In this document: in pieces, positions 57,401 to 64,000 of the stretch | How the letters are laid out: each line of letters begins with the position of its first letter | How positions within the stretch are numbered: position 1 is the first letter of the stretch | IMG/VR virus record: IMGVR_UViG_3300024520_000055 | Span: 19,448 to 83,447 of that record | Strand: one strand, 5' to 3' | Length of the DNA stretch: 64,000 bases | Origin: a virus | Notes under the pieces: generated by a model | Told to the model about the DNA's origin: nothing | The model's input: only the letters and a program-made list of their open reading frames with translations | Databases searched by the model: none | Position numbers and translations under genes: made by a program

Positions 57401-59214
57401 GGCACGACAATGTCGCTTGGGCCAAGAAGCTCCTGAAGGACAACGGCCTGAGTGACAAAGAAGATCTCCTGGATCCCGTCACAGGGAAGACCGTCAAGGA
57501 TGTGATGGTCGGTCCTCAGTACATCTACAAACTGTTCAAATCGACCGACACCAACTTCTCCAGCGCTGGCGTCGGCAGCTACGACCTGAACCAGCAGCCT
57601 TCCTCCCACGGAGAGACCGGAGCGAAGCGCCTCGGACGGATGGAGATCAACGCGCTCCTTGCACACAACGCACGGAACATTCTGCGCGAGGCCACAACCG
57701 TCAAGTCCGATAAGCAAGATGAGTTCTGGCGCTCGATGCAACTCGGCCAACCCCTCCCCAGTCCAAAGGCGAGCTTCGCCTACGACAAGTTCCTCACCCT
57801 GCTGCAAGGGGGTGGCGTGCGCGTGAAGAAGGACAAGGACATCTTGTCTTTCGGGCCTCTCACCGACAACGACATCAAGAAGCTCGACACTCGAGCGCTC
57901 AAGAACCCCTTGATGGTGCGTGCCAAGGACCTCCGTCCAGAAAGAGGTGGACTATTCGATCCCGCAATCACAGGTGGACCACAAGGACAGCGATGGTCCC
58001 ACATCGACCTCGACGAACCCGTGATCAATCCCGTCTTTGTCGAACCCGTCCGAAGATTGCTCGGCGAGACCGAGAAAGGGTTCAGAGAGAGGCTCGCAAA
58101 AACTGGTGGTGGTTCGATCAAGAAGGAATTAAATTCCATCAATGTCGGCAGCCGCCTCCGAAGCCTCGGGCAGAGGATTCCGAAAGCCTCCGCCTCCGCG
58201 AGAGACGATCTCATCAAACAGCGGAAGTATCTGGAGGCACTACGGGACAATGGACTTCGACCCGGGGACGCGTACGTGGTGTCACGTGTGCCTGTAATTC
58301 CACCGGTTGCCCGACCGTTTGTACCTACCAAGGGCTCTAAGGATCTGCTGATCTCGGATGTGAACTATCTGTACCGAGACACCATGCTTGCCAACGACGC
58401 GTTGAAGGAAGCGAAGAAGTTGTTGCCTCCCCACGAGGTCGCCAAGGCACGGGGGCACCTCCAAGACTCGGTTGGCGCAGTGTTCGGGATGAACGATCCT
58501 GTCAGCCCCCAGCAACAGGGAAGAAACGCCAGAGGCCTGCTCGGCATCGTTTTCGGAAGCAACCCCAAGAGCAGCTATTTTCAGTCTCGCCTGATGCGCA
58601 GACCGCAGGCGCTCTCTTCGAGGGGAACTGCCGCGCCCGACATGTCACTGGAGATGGACGAGTTCGGGATGCCCGAAGAGATGGCCTGGGCCAACTACGG
58701 GCCGTTTGTGATGCGCCGCCTGGTACGCAACGGCTACCCTGCAACGGACGCAAAACAGATGATCGAGGACAAGGTGCCCGCGGCCCACACGGCACTCGTC
58801 CAGGAGACGCGGGAGCGCCCGGTCCTCCTCAACCGCGCCCCCACCCTGCACCGGCACGGAATCGTTGCCGCATATCCACGGCTGATTCCGGGGAAGACGA
58901 TCAGAGTGAACCCTTACATCGAGGAGGGGATGAACCTCGACTACGATGGCGACACGCTTCAGTTGCATGTCCCTGCGTCTCCGACGGCCAACGACGAGGC
59001 CAAAAGGCTGACACTGCCCAACATGCTGTTCACCGACAAACAGCGTGACGCCCTTCTGGTCTTCCCCCAGCAAGAGGCTATCTTGGGAACGTGGCTCGCC
59101 TCACATGGTCCCCGAAAGGGCGTCAAGGCGAAGAAGTTCAAGACCCAGGCGGAAGCAATGCAGGCATACCACCAGGGCAAGCTGAAGCTCGATGACCCGG
59201 TGAAGATTGGCTGA
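54424..59214 (+). CDS. Multisubunit RNA polymerase beta fused to the N-terminal half of beta' (active site), with an inserted pyrophosphatase-like domain
   Basis: beta motifs 'RTPESFNIG', 'NRLLMGAKM..QAVPL', 'GDKLSNRYGGKGVVS', 'KRLGRMEINAL'; beta' motifs 'GLFD', 'PVIPPVARP', 'LLNRAPTLHR', 'NLDYDGD'. Confidence 0.95.
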   Translation: MSDGIYPILARPKERQERIREQALAGLRDVFPMQLDRHTLELEDAQLKEQSFSPSQQKKAILSGGNLFESVQAKLALRNADGKVVDRIKTNVLHLPYLTPRGTFVVKGTEYEIPNQLRFRPGVYTRHRVNGDLEAWFNRSRGANFRVAMDPSTSHFGMELGATRIPLYPVLKGLGIPDKEIQNQWGKEILSQNQDWAGSDKAVNTAIGRLYKKLTPAHAQTAKSLEQRQAAIREHLSMDSLDSEVMRTTLGTPTRTADPATVLQASGKLLRVFKGEAEPDDRTSTPFLSIHSADDFFRERMNLDARALRRKLAMKLRHKGTSLDKVVPPGMFTRGLRNFITTSALSANPTQINPIEMIDHASKITFLGEGGIADDRAVPPETRRVHWSQVGIIDPIRTPESFNIGIDVRAAVRAGRDQDGRLYARLLDDRGNQTWVPATALPGKNIAFPNQPDRGRVDVLNTGEIRRVPVAQVDYRVPSGAHLHGVASNLVPFVESSQGNRLLMGAKMATQAVPLVEREVPLIQVGERREDRSFEDQFGRMVVPTSPVEGRVAKIDKDFIYIRPARVKKAAYIEKRAWGVVKYRQFKHIRIAIENPKDSTRSGVDTDGHKWSQKMRDDYGYIPGTTTSADKEGLDAFVGTDLSSTHVFVIHQLDGHGDFDELKVMIGYPNERTAKAHYLHNYDKTWGEHRIKQIDKFTNEEFRDRYIPEFKKAAASQRDLIRVPYDTNFPLSSKTFLQNDLSVKVGDKVKARQPLAESNFTRGSTLALGKNLDVGYMPYRGLNSNDAVVVSEGAAKKMTSSHMYQKRYLPDVDSIPGRKLHETYFGNKYTKDQYKNLNSKGVARPGSLVVHGDPIIVGVRKTKPTAEAQILGRFHKSLVKPYAEEAITWDHEEPGEIIDVVQQPNGRTAVTVKMNAPVQIGDKLSNRYGGKGVVSAIIPNEQMVRRPDGKPVDLLWSGPVLISRINPAQIIETAAAKVAKKLGKPIRVRPYAGHDNVAWAKKLLKDNGLSDKEDLLDPVTGKTVKDVMVGPQYIYKLFKSTDTNFSSAGVGSYDLNQQPSSHGETGAKRLGRMEINALLAHNARNILREATTVKSDKQDEFWRSMQLGQPLPSPKASFAYDKFLTLLQGGGVRVKKDKDILSFGPLTDNDIKKLDTRALKNPLMVRAKDLRPERGGLFDPAITGGPQGQRWSHIDLDEPVINPVFVEPVRRLLGETEKGFRERLAKTGGGSIKKELNSINVGSRLRSLGQRIPKASASARDDLIKQRKYLEALRDNGLRPGDAYVVSRVPVIPPVARPFVPTKGSKDLLISDVNYLYRDTMLANDALKEAKKLLPPHEVAKARGHLQDSVGAVFGMNDPVSPQQQGRNARGLLGIVFGSNPKSSYFQSRLMRRPQALSSRGTAAPDMSLEMDEFGMPEEMAWANYGPFVMRRLVRNGYPATDAKQMIEDKVPAAHTALVQETRERPVLLNRAPTLHRHGIVAAYPRLIPGKTIRVNPYIEEGMNLDYDGDTLQLHVPASPTANDEAKRLTLPNMLFTDKQRDALLVFPQQEAILGTWLASHGPRKGVKAKKFKTQAEAMQAYHQGKLKLDDPVKIG

Positions 59215-60493
59215 CCTCCTCCCAGGCCTCACCCGTTCCCAGGTTGAGAAGTACTACGCCCGTCCCGAGGTCCAGATCGAACTGCTCAATCAGTTCGGCT
59301 CACGTCCTGTGTCAGTCGTCCAAGTGCAGGAGGACGGTGACAAGATCTTCAAGCGGAAGCGCGGTGGCAAGTACATCAAGATCCCCGATGCCCAGGACAT
59401 CTCCTACTGGGCCTCGCGGCGCCACGCCGAGTTCCACCCGACCACAGGGAAAACCACCGAGCAGTTCGTCGTCGACATTGACCCGGGCCCTGATGCTTCG
59501 TTTTCTGATGTAAAGGGCGCGACCCAAGCGGTTGTCGATGTCCTCAACAGCCGCTTCCCGAGTGAGGACACGATCGTTGCGTTCTCCGGCGGGCGGGGAT
59601 TCCACGTCCGTCACCCTATCGGTAAAATGATGCGCACGCGCGGAGCGCGCGCTACCCTGATGGGGGCTCTCCGGGGGCTCGAGGGTACGACGTTCCGGAA
59701 ACCGGAGGGCAAGGACATCCGGCTCGACATGGTTGCAATGAAGCCCATGGGCTCTGTCCGCGCCATCGGGTCGTTGAATGCTACGACGGGGTTGAGGGCG
59801 ATGAAGGTCAACCTGGGAGACATCGGGGCGTTTGAGCCGGGCATGGCCAAGGTGGCAAAGTTCGTCACGAGGAAGCGCCTTCTGGAGTACGCGGAAAAAC
59901 TTCGACTCAAGGATGCGCAGTTCGCCCCCGGCCTCCCCGACAAGGGAACCACGACACCCATCCGTCCCGACGACGTGGGCGACCCGTTCTCCATGGCAAT
60001 CCAGAAGCACAAGACGGACAGGTCCAAGGGACGATCACACTACGATATGCGTCTCGTTGACGAAGAATCGGGCATCGCCCACTCCTGGGCCATTCCGAAG
60101 TCGCGGCTCCCGTCACGCCTTGGAGAAAAGTTGCTGGCCGTCCAGCAGCCTGACCACACGTCCGACTACGCCAAGAACTTCCAGGGCCGAATTGCCGAAG
60201 GCTACGGCGCAGGCACAGTACAAACCAAGGCCCCGAAACCTGCTGACATCCTCAAGGCAGATCTGAGCAGCATCATCTTCCAAGTGATGAACGGCTCGAA
60301 CAAGGTCTTCAACATGCGCCGGATGGGGAAAGACCCGAAACAATGGTTCATCCAGAAGCTCGATGCACGCACGCACGGAAGACGTCCGATGCGCATGTCG
60401 GCAGCCGGGCTTGGAGGAGAAGGCGGGATCGACGTGCCCAAGGTGGAGGAGATCAAGCCTCCGAAGATTGCCGAACCGCCGAGGGTCTCGTAG
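59207..60493 (+). CDS. LigD-like AEP primase/polymerase plus 3'-phosphoesterase fusion (no ligase domain)
   Basis: AEP 'EFH...VDIDP', 'SGGRGFH'; PE 'IQKH...HYDMRL...SWAIPK...LAVQQPDH..DY..F.G.I..GYGAGTV'. Confidence 0.85.
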   Translation: MADLLPGLTRSQVEKYYARPEVQIELLNQFGSRPVSVVQVQEDGDKIFKRKRGGKYIKIPDAQDISYWASRRHAEFHPTTGKTTEQFVVDIDPGPDASFSDVKGATQAVVDVLNSRFPSEDTIVAFSGGRGFHVRHPIGKMMRTRGARATLMGALRGLEGTTFRKPEGKDIRLDMVAMKPMGSVRAIGSLNATTGLRAMKVNLGDIGAFEPGMAKVAKFVTRKRLLEYAEKLRLKDAQFAPGLPDKGTTTPIRPDDVGDPFSMAIQKHKTDRSKGRSHYDMRLVDEESGIAHSWAIPKSRLPSRLGEKLLAVQQPDHTSDYAKNFQGRIAEGYGAGTVQTKAPKPADILKADLSSIIFQVMNGSNKVFNMRRMGKDPKQWFIQKLDARTHGRRPMRMSAAGLGGEGGIDVPKVEEIKPPKIAEPPRVS

Positions 60494-60496
60494 AAT
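60468..60496 (+). promoter_or_regulatory. Putative sigma70-type promoter
   Basis: TTGCCG-17 nt-TAGAAT upstream of a GGAGG RBS and ATG 60516. Confidence 0.5.
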
Positions 60497-60515
60497 ACTC
60501 CGCGGAGGTACTGTC

Positions 60516-60941
60516 ATGAGAATCGCATTCTTCATCTTCACCATCGTATGGGTCCTCGGCTTCACGGTCGCGGCCCAGACCATCACCAACAAGCCCCCGG
60601 AGATCACCTCGTCCGCAGACCTGGCCGCCCAGACCGACTCGGCGGTGAACTTCGTCAAGACCGGCCAGTGGGCAGGCATCGTCATGCTGTTCATCCAGAT
60701 GGCCATCTTCGTGATGAAGAAAATCGCCAAAGTGAAGCCCTGGTTCAAGAAGTGGGGACCCGGCGTCATCATTCTTCTCAGTGCCGTCTCCAGCCTCTGC
60801 GCATTGATGGTCGCAGGTATCCGGTGGTACGAGGCCCTCCTCGTGTTCGCGGTCGGCCCGTTGATGAACTACCTGGACAAGCTGTGGAACTGGGTGCAGG
60901 AGGTCCGGGGTAAACGGGAGCCCAGCAAGAAGGCTGTCTGA
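60516..60941 (+). CDS. Multi-pass membrane protein (holin-like)
   Basis: Signal-like N-terminus plus about 3 hydrophobic helices and a basic C-terminus; GGAGGT RBS. Confidence 0.55.
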   Translation: MRIAFFIFTIVWVLGFTVAAQTITNKPPEITSSADLAAQTDSAVNFVKTGQWAGIVMLFIQMAIFVMKKIAKVKPWFKKWGPGVIILLSAVSSLCALMVAGIRWYEALLVFAVGPLMNYLDKLWNWVQEVRGKREPSKKAV

Positions 60942-61186
60942 TGGCAATCGATCTCACCAAGATTGGGGCGCCTGGCGGCGAGCCTCCCCAGGATTTCCTC
61001 GAAGCCCTGCGCGACTTTGCGCACACGGGCGTGGGACTTCCCGGGGGAGGAATGAAGTACGACAACACCTCTGGATTTGTTGGGCGTCCCCCTGCGGGCT
61101 ACCCGCACGGGCTAACGTTTGACCGTTCCATCCCGCTCAACATTGGGCAGGCAGAGAGGCTCCCCGGCGACTGGGGAATCAAGTGA
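60941..61186 (+). CDS. Hypothetical Gly/Pro-rich protein
   Basis: TGATG and GTGA coupling with its neighbours. Confidence 0.55.
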   Translation: MAIDLTKIGAPGGEPPQDFLEALRDFAHTGVGLPGGGMKYDNTSGFVGRPPAGYPHGLTFDRSIPLNIGQAERLPGDWGIK

Positions 61187-62991
61187 CCCTTTCCTTCGGG
61201 CAGCATCTGATCAAGGGATATCTCCCCCCGGGGACGCGTCTTGATCGTGGCCCGTTGAACAAACGCCGCCTGCGCTCTGCTTTTCTGGACATGGCCAAGA
61301 ACGACCCCACTGCCTATGTGCACAACATGCAGGGGCTAAAGGCCGTCGCAGATGAGGTTGCCACGCTGGAACCCCTCTCCCCCGGACTGGACGACATCAC
61401 TCCGAACTACGTGAAACAGCGAGCTCTCTTCGCGGGCGCGCAGAAGCGCCTAGATGCAGCACGGACGTATCCTCAAAAGCTGTCCGTCCTCGCCGACGCG
61501 CAGTCGCGCGCCGTGAACCTGGCGATGACACATCCTGGAAGTCTGGCCCGCGAAGTTGAGGCGGGTGCCCGCGGTTCCCCCAGCCAGCTCATCAAGACCG
61601 TAGTCTCCCCCGTTGTGGCAATGAAGCACGACAAGACGGTGTACCCTTACTTGATCCACCACAGTTTCGCGGAGGGACTGTCCCCTGCCGAAGCGTGGCT
61701 TGCAAATTCCGAAGCACGTCTCAACGCGATGGCTGCCAACCTGTCCGTCTCGGAGCCTGGAGACTTGAGCAAGATCTTCATCAACAACATGGCGGACCAA
61801 GTCATCGCCAGTGAGGATTGTGGGACAACCAATGGGATCGCACTTCCTTCAAACAGCCCCGAACTGCGTGACAGATACCTTGCCAAACCGGCAGCAGGCC
61901 TACCGCACAACACTCTTGTCACTGCTGAAGTTGGCAAGCGACTCGCCAGAACTCGCGGGCTCGTTGTTGTACGCTCGCCTTCCACCTGCGAGCTCCCAAA
62001 TGGCATCTGTCAACGGTGCATGGGGCTCAACGAGGTAGGGCAGAATCACGACATTGGGATCAACGTTGGTGTCCGTGCGGGACAGGTCCTCTCCGAACCG
62101 CTGACTCAGATGGCCCTGGACTCAAAACACGGAGTGAAGCTGTCCACAACCAAGGGACGCGAGCTTCGTACCATCGAGCGATTGCGACAAATTGTCGAGG
62201 TGCCTGCCTCGATGGCCAACATGGCAGTCGTCGCGGAGGAAGAAGGCAAGGTCGAGAAAATCGAGAAGGCGCCACAGGGCGGCCACTACATGCACGTCGC
62301 GGGACAACGGTACTACACGCCCCCCGAAGCTCCTCCTCTTGTGCGTCCTGGTTTTCACGTGGAGGCGGGCGACGCCCTCGCTGACGGAATCCCCAACCCC
62401 AAGGACGTTACACGCCTGAAGGGAATTGGCGCGGGGCGTGACTACCTCATCCAACGGCTGGACGACCTTTACTCGTCCTCTGGGCATGACCTCGACAGAC
62501 GGCACCTGGAAATCCTGGCCAAGACGCACCTGAACTACGCCCAGATCTGGGATCCGGGAAGCATCCCCGGCCTCCGTGCAGGTGACATGGTGGCACACTC
62601 TGCTCTTCGCGGGCGTCTTCGTGAGGCCTCCAAGGAACGTTCGCTTAAAGAGACAAAGGGGCACGTACTCGGGGATGACTACTTGCACTTCACCGCGGGC
62701 TCTCCCATCACAAAGTCCGTGCAAGACGCGCTGCGCGAGGCCAAAATTTCCAAGGTGAAAACGCTTCCTCCCGGAGAGGCCCCGCGCCTCGAGTTCGTGA
62801 TGAAGCCGCTTTCGCGTAACCCGCTCCTCAATCCGGATGTTCTGTCACGCATGGGACACCGTTATCTCAAGACGGCTCTTCTGGAAGGGGTTCACTCAGG
62901 CGGGACAGCCCGTCTTCGGGGGTTCAATCCCATCCCAGCTCTTGCCTATGGACAAAGTTTCGGGCTACCTTCAGCGCGAGGTAAATACTGA
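61183..62991 (+). CDS. RNA polymerase beta' C-terminal subunit
   Basis: 'GARGS', 'SFAEGL', bridge-helix region then 'EDCGT', 'RSPSTC...ICQRCMG', trigger loop 'SEPLTQMALDSKH', 'RRHLEI'. Confidence 0.92.
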   Translation: MTLSFGQHLIKGYLPPGTRLDRGPLNKRRLRSAFLDMAKNDPTAYVHNMQGLKAVADEVATLEPLSPGLDDITPNYVKQRALFAGAQKRLDAARTYPQKLSVLADAQSRAVNLAMTHPGSLAREVEAGARGSPSQLIKTVVSPVVAMKHDKTVYPYLIHHSFAEGLSPAEAWLANSEARLNAMAANLSVSEPGDLSKIFINNMADQVIASEDCGTTNGIALPSNSPELRDRYLAKPAAGLPHNTLVTAEVGKRLARTRGLVVVRSPSTCELPNGICQRCMGLNEVGQNHDIGINVGVRAGQVLSEPLTQMALDSKHGVKLSTTKGRELRTIERLRQIVEVPASMANMAVVAEEEGKVEKIEKAPQGGHYMHVAGQRYYTPPEAPPLVRPGFHVEAGDALADGIPNPKDVTRLKGIGAGRDYLIQRLDDLYSSSGHDLDRRHLEILAKTHLNYAQIWDPGSIPGLRAGDMVAHSALRGRLREASKERSLKETKGHVLGDDYLHFTAGSPITKSVQDALREAKISKVKTLPPGEAPRLEFVMKPLSRNPLLNPDVLSRMGHRYLKTALLEGVHSGGTARLRGFNPIPALAYGQSFGLPSARGKY

Positions 62992-63788
62992 TGCCCCCTC
63001 TCCCTCCGGTCAACCCCGGCAAAATCCTCAGTGGGTTGCGCACGGCCTTGCTTGGAAAAGGAGTACGTGGCGCTCAGTCCGCAGAGATGGAAGGCCTCGC
63101 CGCGCTCCGAAAAAGACTTGTGGCAGCGGGCAAGCCCGCCGACTACAGTGCCCTGGAGCCAGGACGCTTCATGAAGTGGATCGAGACCGCAGACCCTGCG
63201 TCTCTCGGGCACTATCGCACGCCCCCCGGACAGGGCTCCGGCATGTTGCGTTCGCTTCTTGTCGGCAATCACGGACTCCGAACTCTCAAGGGGCGCTACC
63301 ACACAGGCGGTTTACTCGGTAAAGGGGGCCTCCTCCGTGGAGAGTTGGCGTGGTCCCCCGAGGTCGCGAGCGCCGCGCGGAACATCAGGCACCAAGGACT
63401 CACTCCTGAACGCGCGTGGGCCCTCGCACGCGCAGCCCCTGGTGACATGCTTTCCAAAGCGTTCATCCTCGGATTCCCTGCCTATGGCATCGGAAGCACC
63501 TTGGCCACCGGAGGCGACCCTCGCTATTCCACCGGGCAACAGATTGGACGTGAGTTGGGGAGCTCTCTCGGGTGGGCGCTGACGGGCCCGCTCGGTGCCC
63601 TCGGATTTATTCCTGGAACAGCAGCAGGAGAATCCATCGGCGAGGCCGCAGGAGGCGTGTTCGACCCGCAGTCACCGCAGCAGCGAAGTCTTGAACGCCA
63701 GCTTGGTTCTCCGCGTCCAACGCCCCCCGCACGTATGGGAGGACTTGGGGAAATCGTCCGAAGGAGTTTCGGGGCCGTCCCCGAGTAG
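62991..63788 (+). CDS. Gly-rich protein with a glycine-zipper-like hydrophobic C-terminal segment (possible internal/ejected virion protein)
   Basis: TGATG coupling; 'GSSLGWALTGPLGALGFIPGTAAGESIG'. Confidence 0.55.
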   Translation: MPPLPPVNPGKILSGLRTALLGKGVRGAQSAEMEGLAALRKRLVAAGKPADYSALEPGRFMKWIETADPASLGHYRTPPGQGSGMLRSLLVGNHGLRTLKGRYHTGGLLGKGGLLRGELAWSPEVASAARNIRHQGLTPERAWALARAAPGDMLSKAFILGFPAYGIGSTLATGGDPRYSTGQQIGRELGSSLGWALTGPLGALGFIPGTAAGESIGEAAGGVFDPQSPQQRSLERQLGSPRPTPPARMGGLGEIVRRSFGAVPE

Positions 63789-63799
63789 GGAAAATAAAC

Positions 63800-63828
63800 T
63801 TGGCACTTGACGGTGGCTTTTGTAATAT
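63800..63828 (+). promoter_or_regulatory. Putative sigma70-type promoter
   Basis: TTGGCA-17 nt-TAATAT in an AT-rich intergenic gap. Confidence 0.4.
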
Positions 63829-63877
63829 CGTGAACCAGGATTAAGAACAAGCCTGGACAACCAGGGAGGACAAGAAA

Positions 63878-64000
63878 ATGCCGATGCGGAGAGCGTACGT
63901 GAGAGGGATCGCCGCCTGCCTCGCCGATGCAGGAATCCTCAAGTTCGCGCAGGAGGAAGATGCCAACGCGATTGCGGACGCGACCGCGGAAGCAATTCCG
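63878..64000 (+). CDS. Start of a hypothetical protein running off the window
   Basis: GGAGG RBS; ATG 63878; open to the end (MPMRRAYVRGIAACLADAGILKFAQEED...). Confidence 0.6.
   Translation, partial: MPMRRAYVRGIAACLADAGILKFAQEEDANAIADATAEAIP

Noticed and set aside
56218-57807. Long antisense ORFs (529 aa here; also 17-991, 4614-5711, 46727-47929, 47994-49070 and others)
   Set aside because: Shadows of GC3-biased coding strands, with no recognisable motifs or RBS.

Overview
This 64-kb GC-rich window comes from a large (jumbo-type) tailed phage with a contractile-tail baseplate. The left part (1-26 kb, mostly + strand) holds baseplate, tail-fibre and lysis-type genes with an embedded sigma-70-family factor. 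The centre and right carry minus-strand DNA-metabolism genes: RuvC, AAA ATPase plus vWA metallopeptidase, HU, Hfq-like, UDG-PolA, primase-helicase, two PD-(D/E)XK nucleases, SSB-like, ParB and SNF2. These are interleaved with + strand head genes (terminase, portal) and a split multisubunit RNA polymerase (beta-beta'N fusion plus beta'C). The main find is a retron-type reverse transcriptase (26225-27316, YSDN motif) with two nearby non-coding arrays (30714-31706 and 35747-37388). Together the arrays hold 9 retron-like msr/msd units (arm, unpaired G, two stem-loops, unique hairpin, complementary arm). They also hold 20 extra 'template-only' hairpin cassettes whose short repeats mostly match the arm of a particular primer module. 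This suggests one RT making a library of up to about 29 distinct ssDNA hairpins. The arrays begin right after an Hfq-like gene and an HU gene. Other notable items are a pyrophosphatase-like domain inside RNAP beta, a LigD Pol-PE protein between the RNAP genes, and a strongly enriched K-x-A motif. All calls come from reading motifs by eye; no database searches were run.
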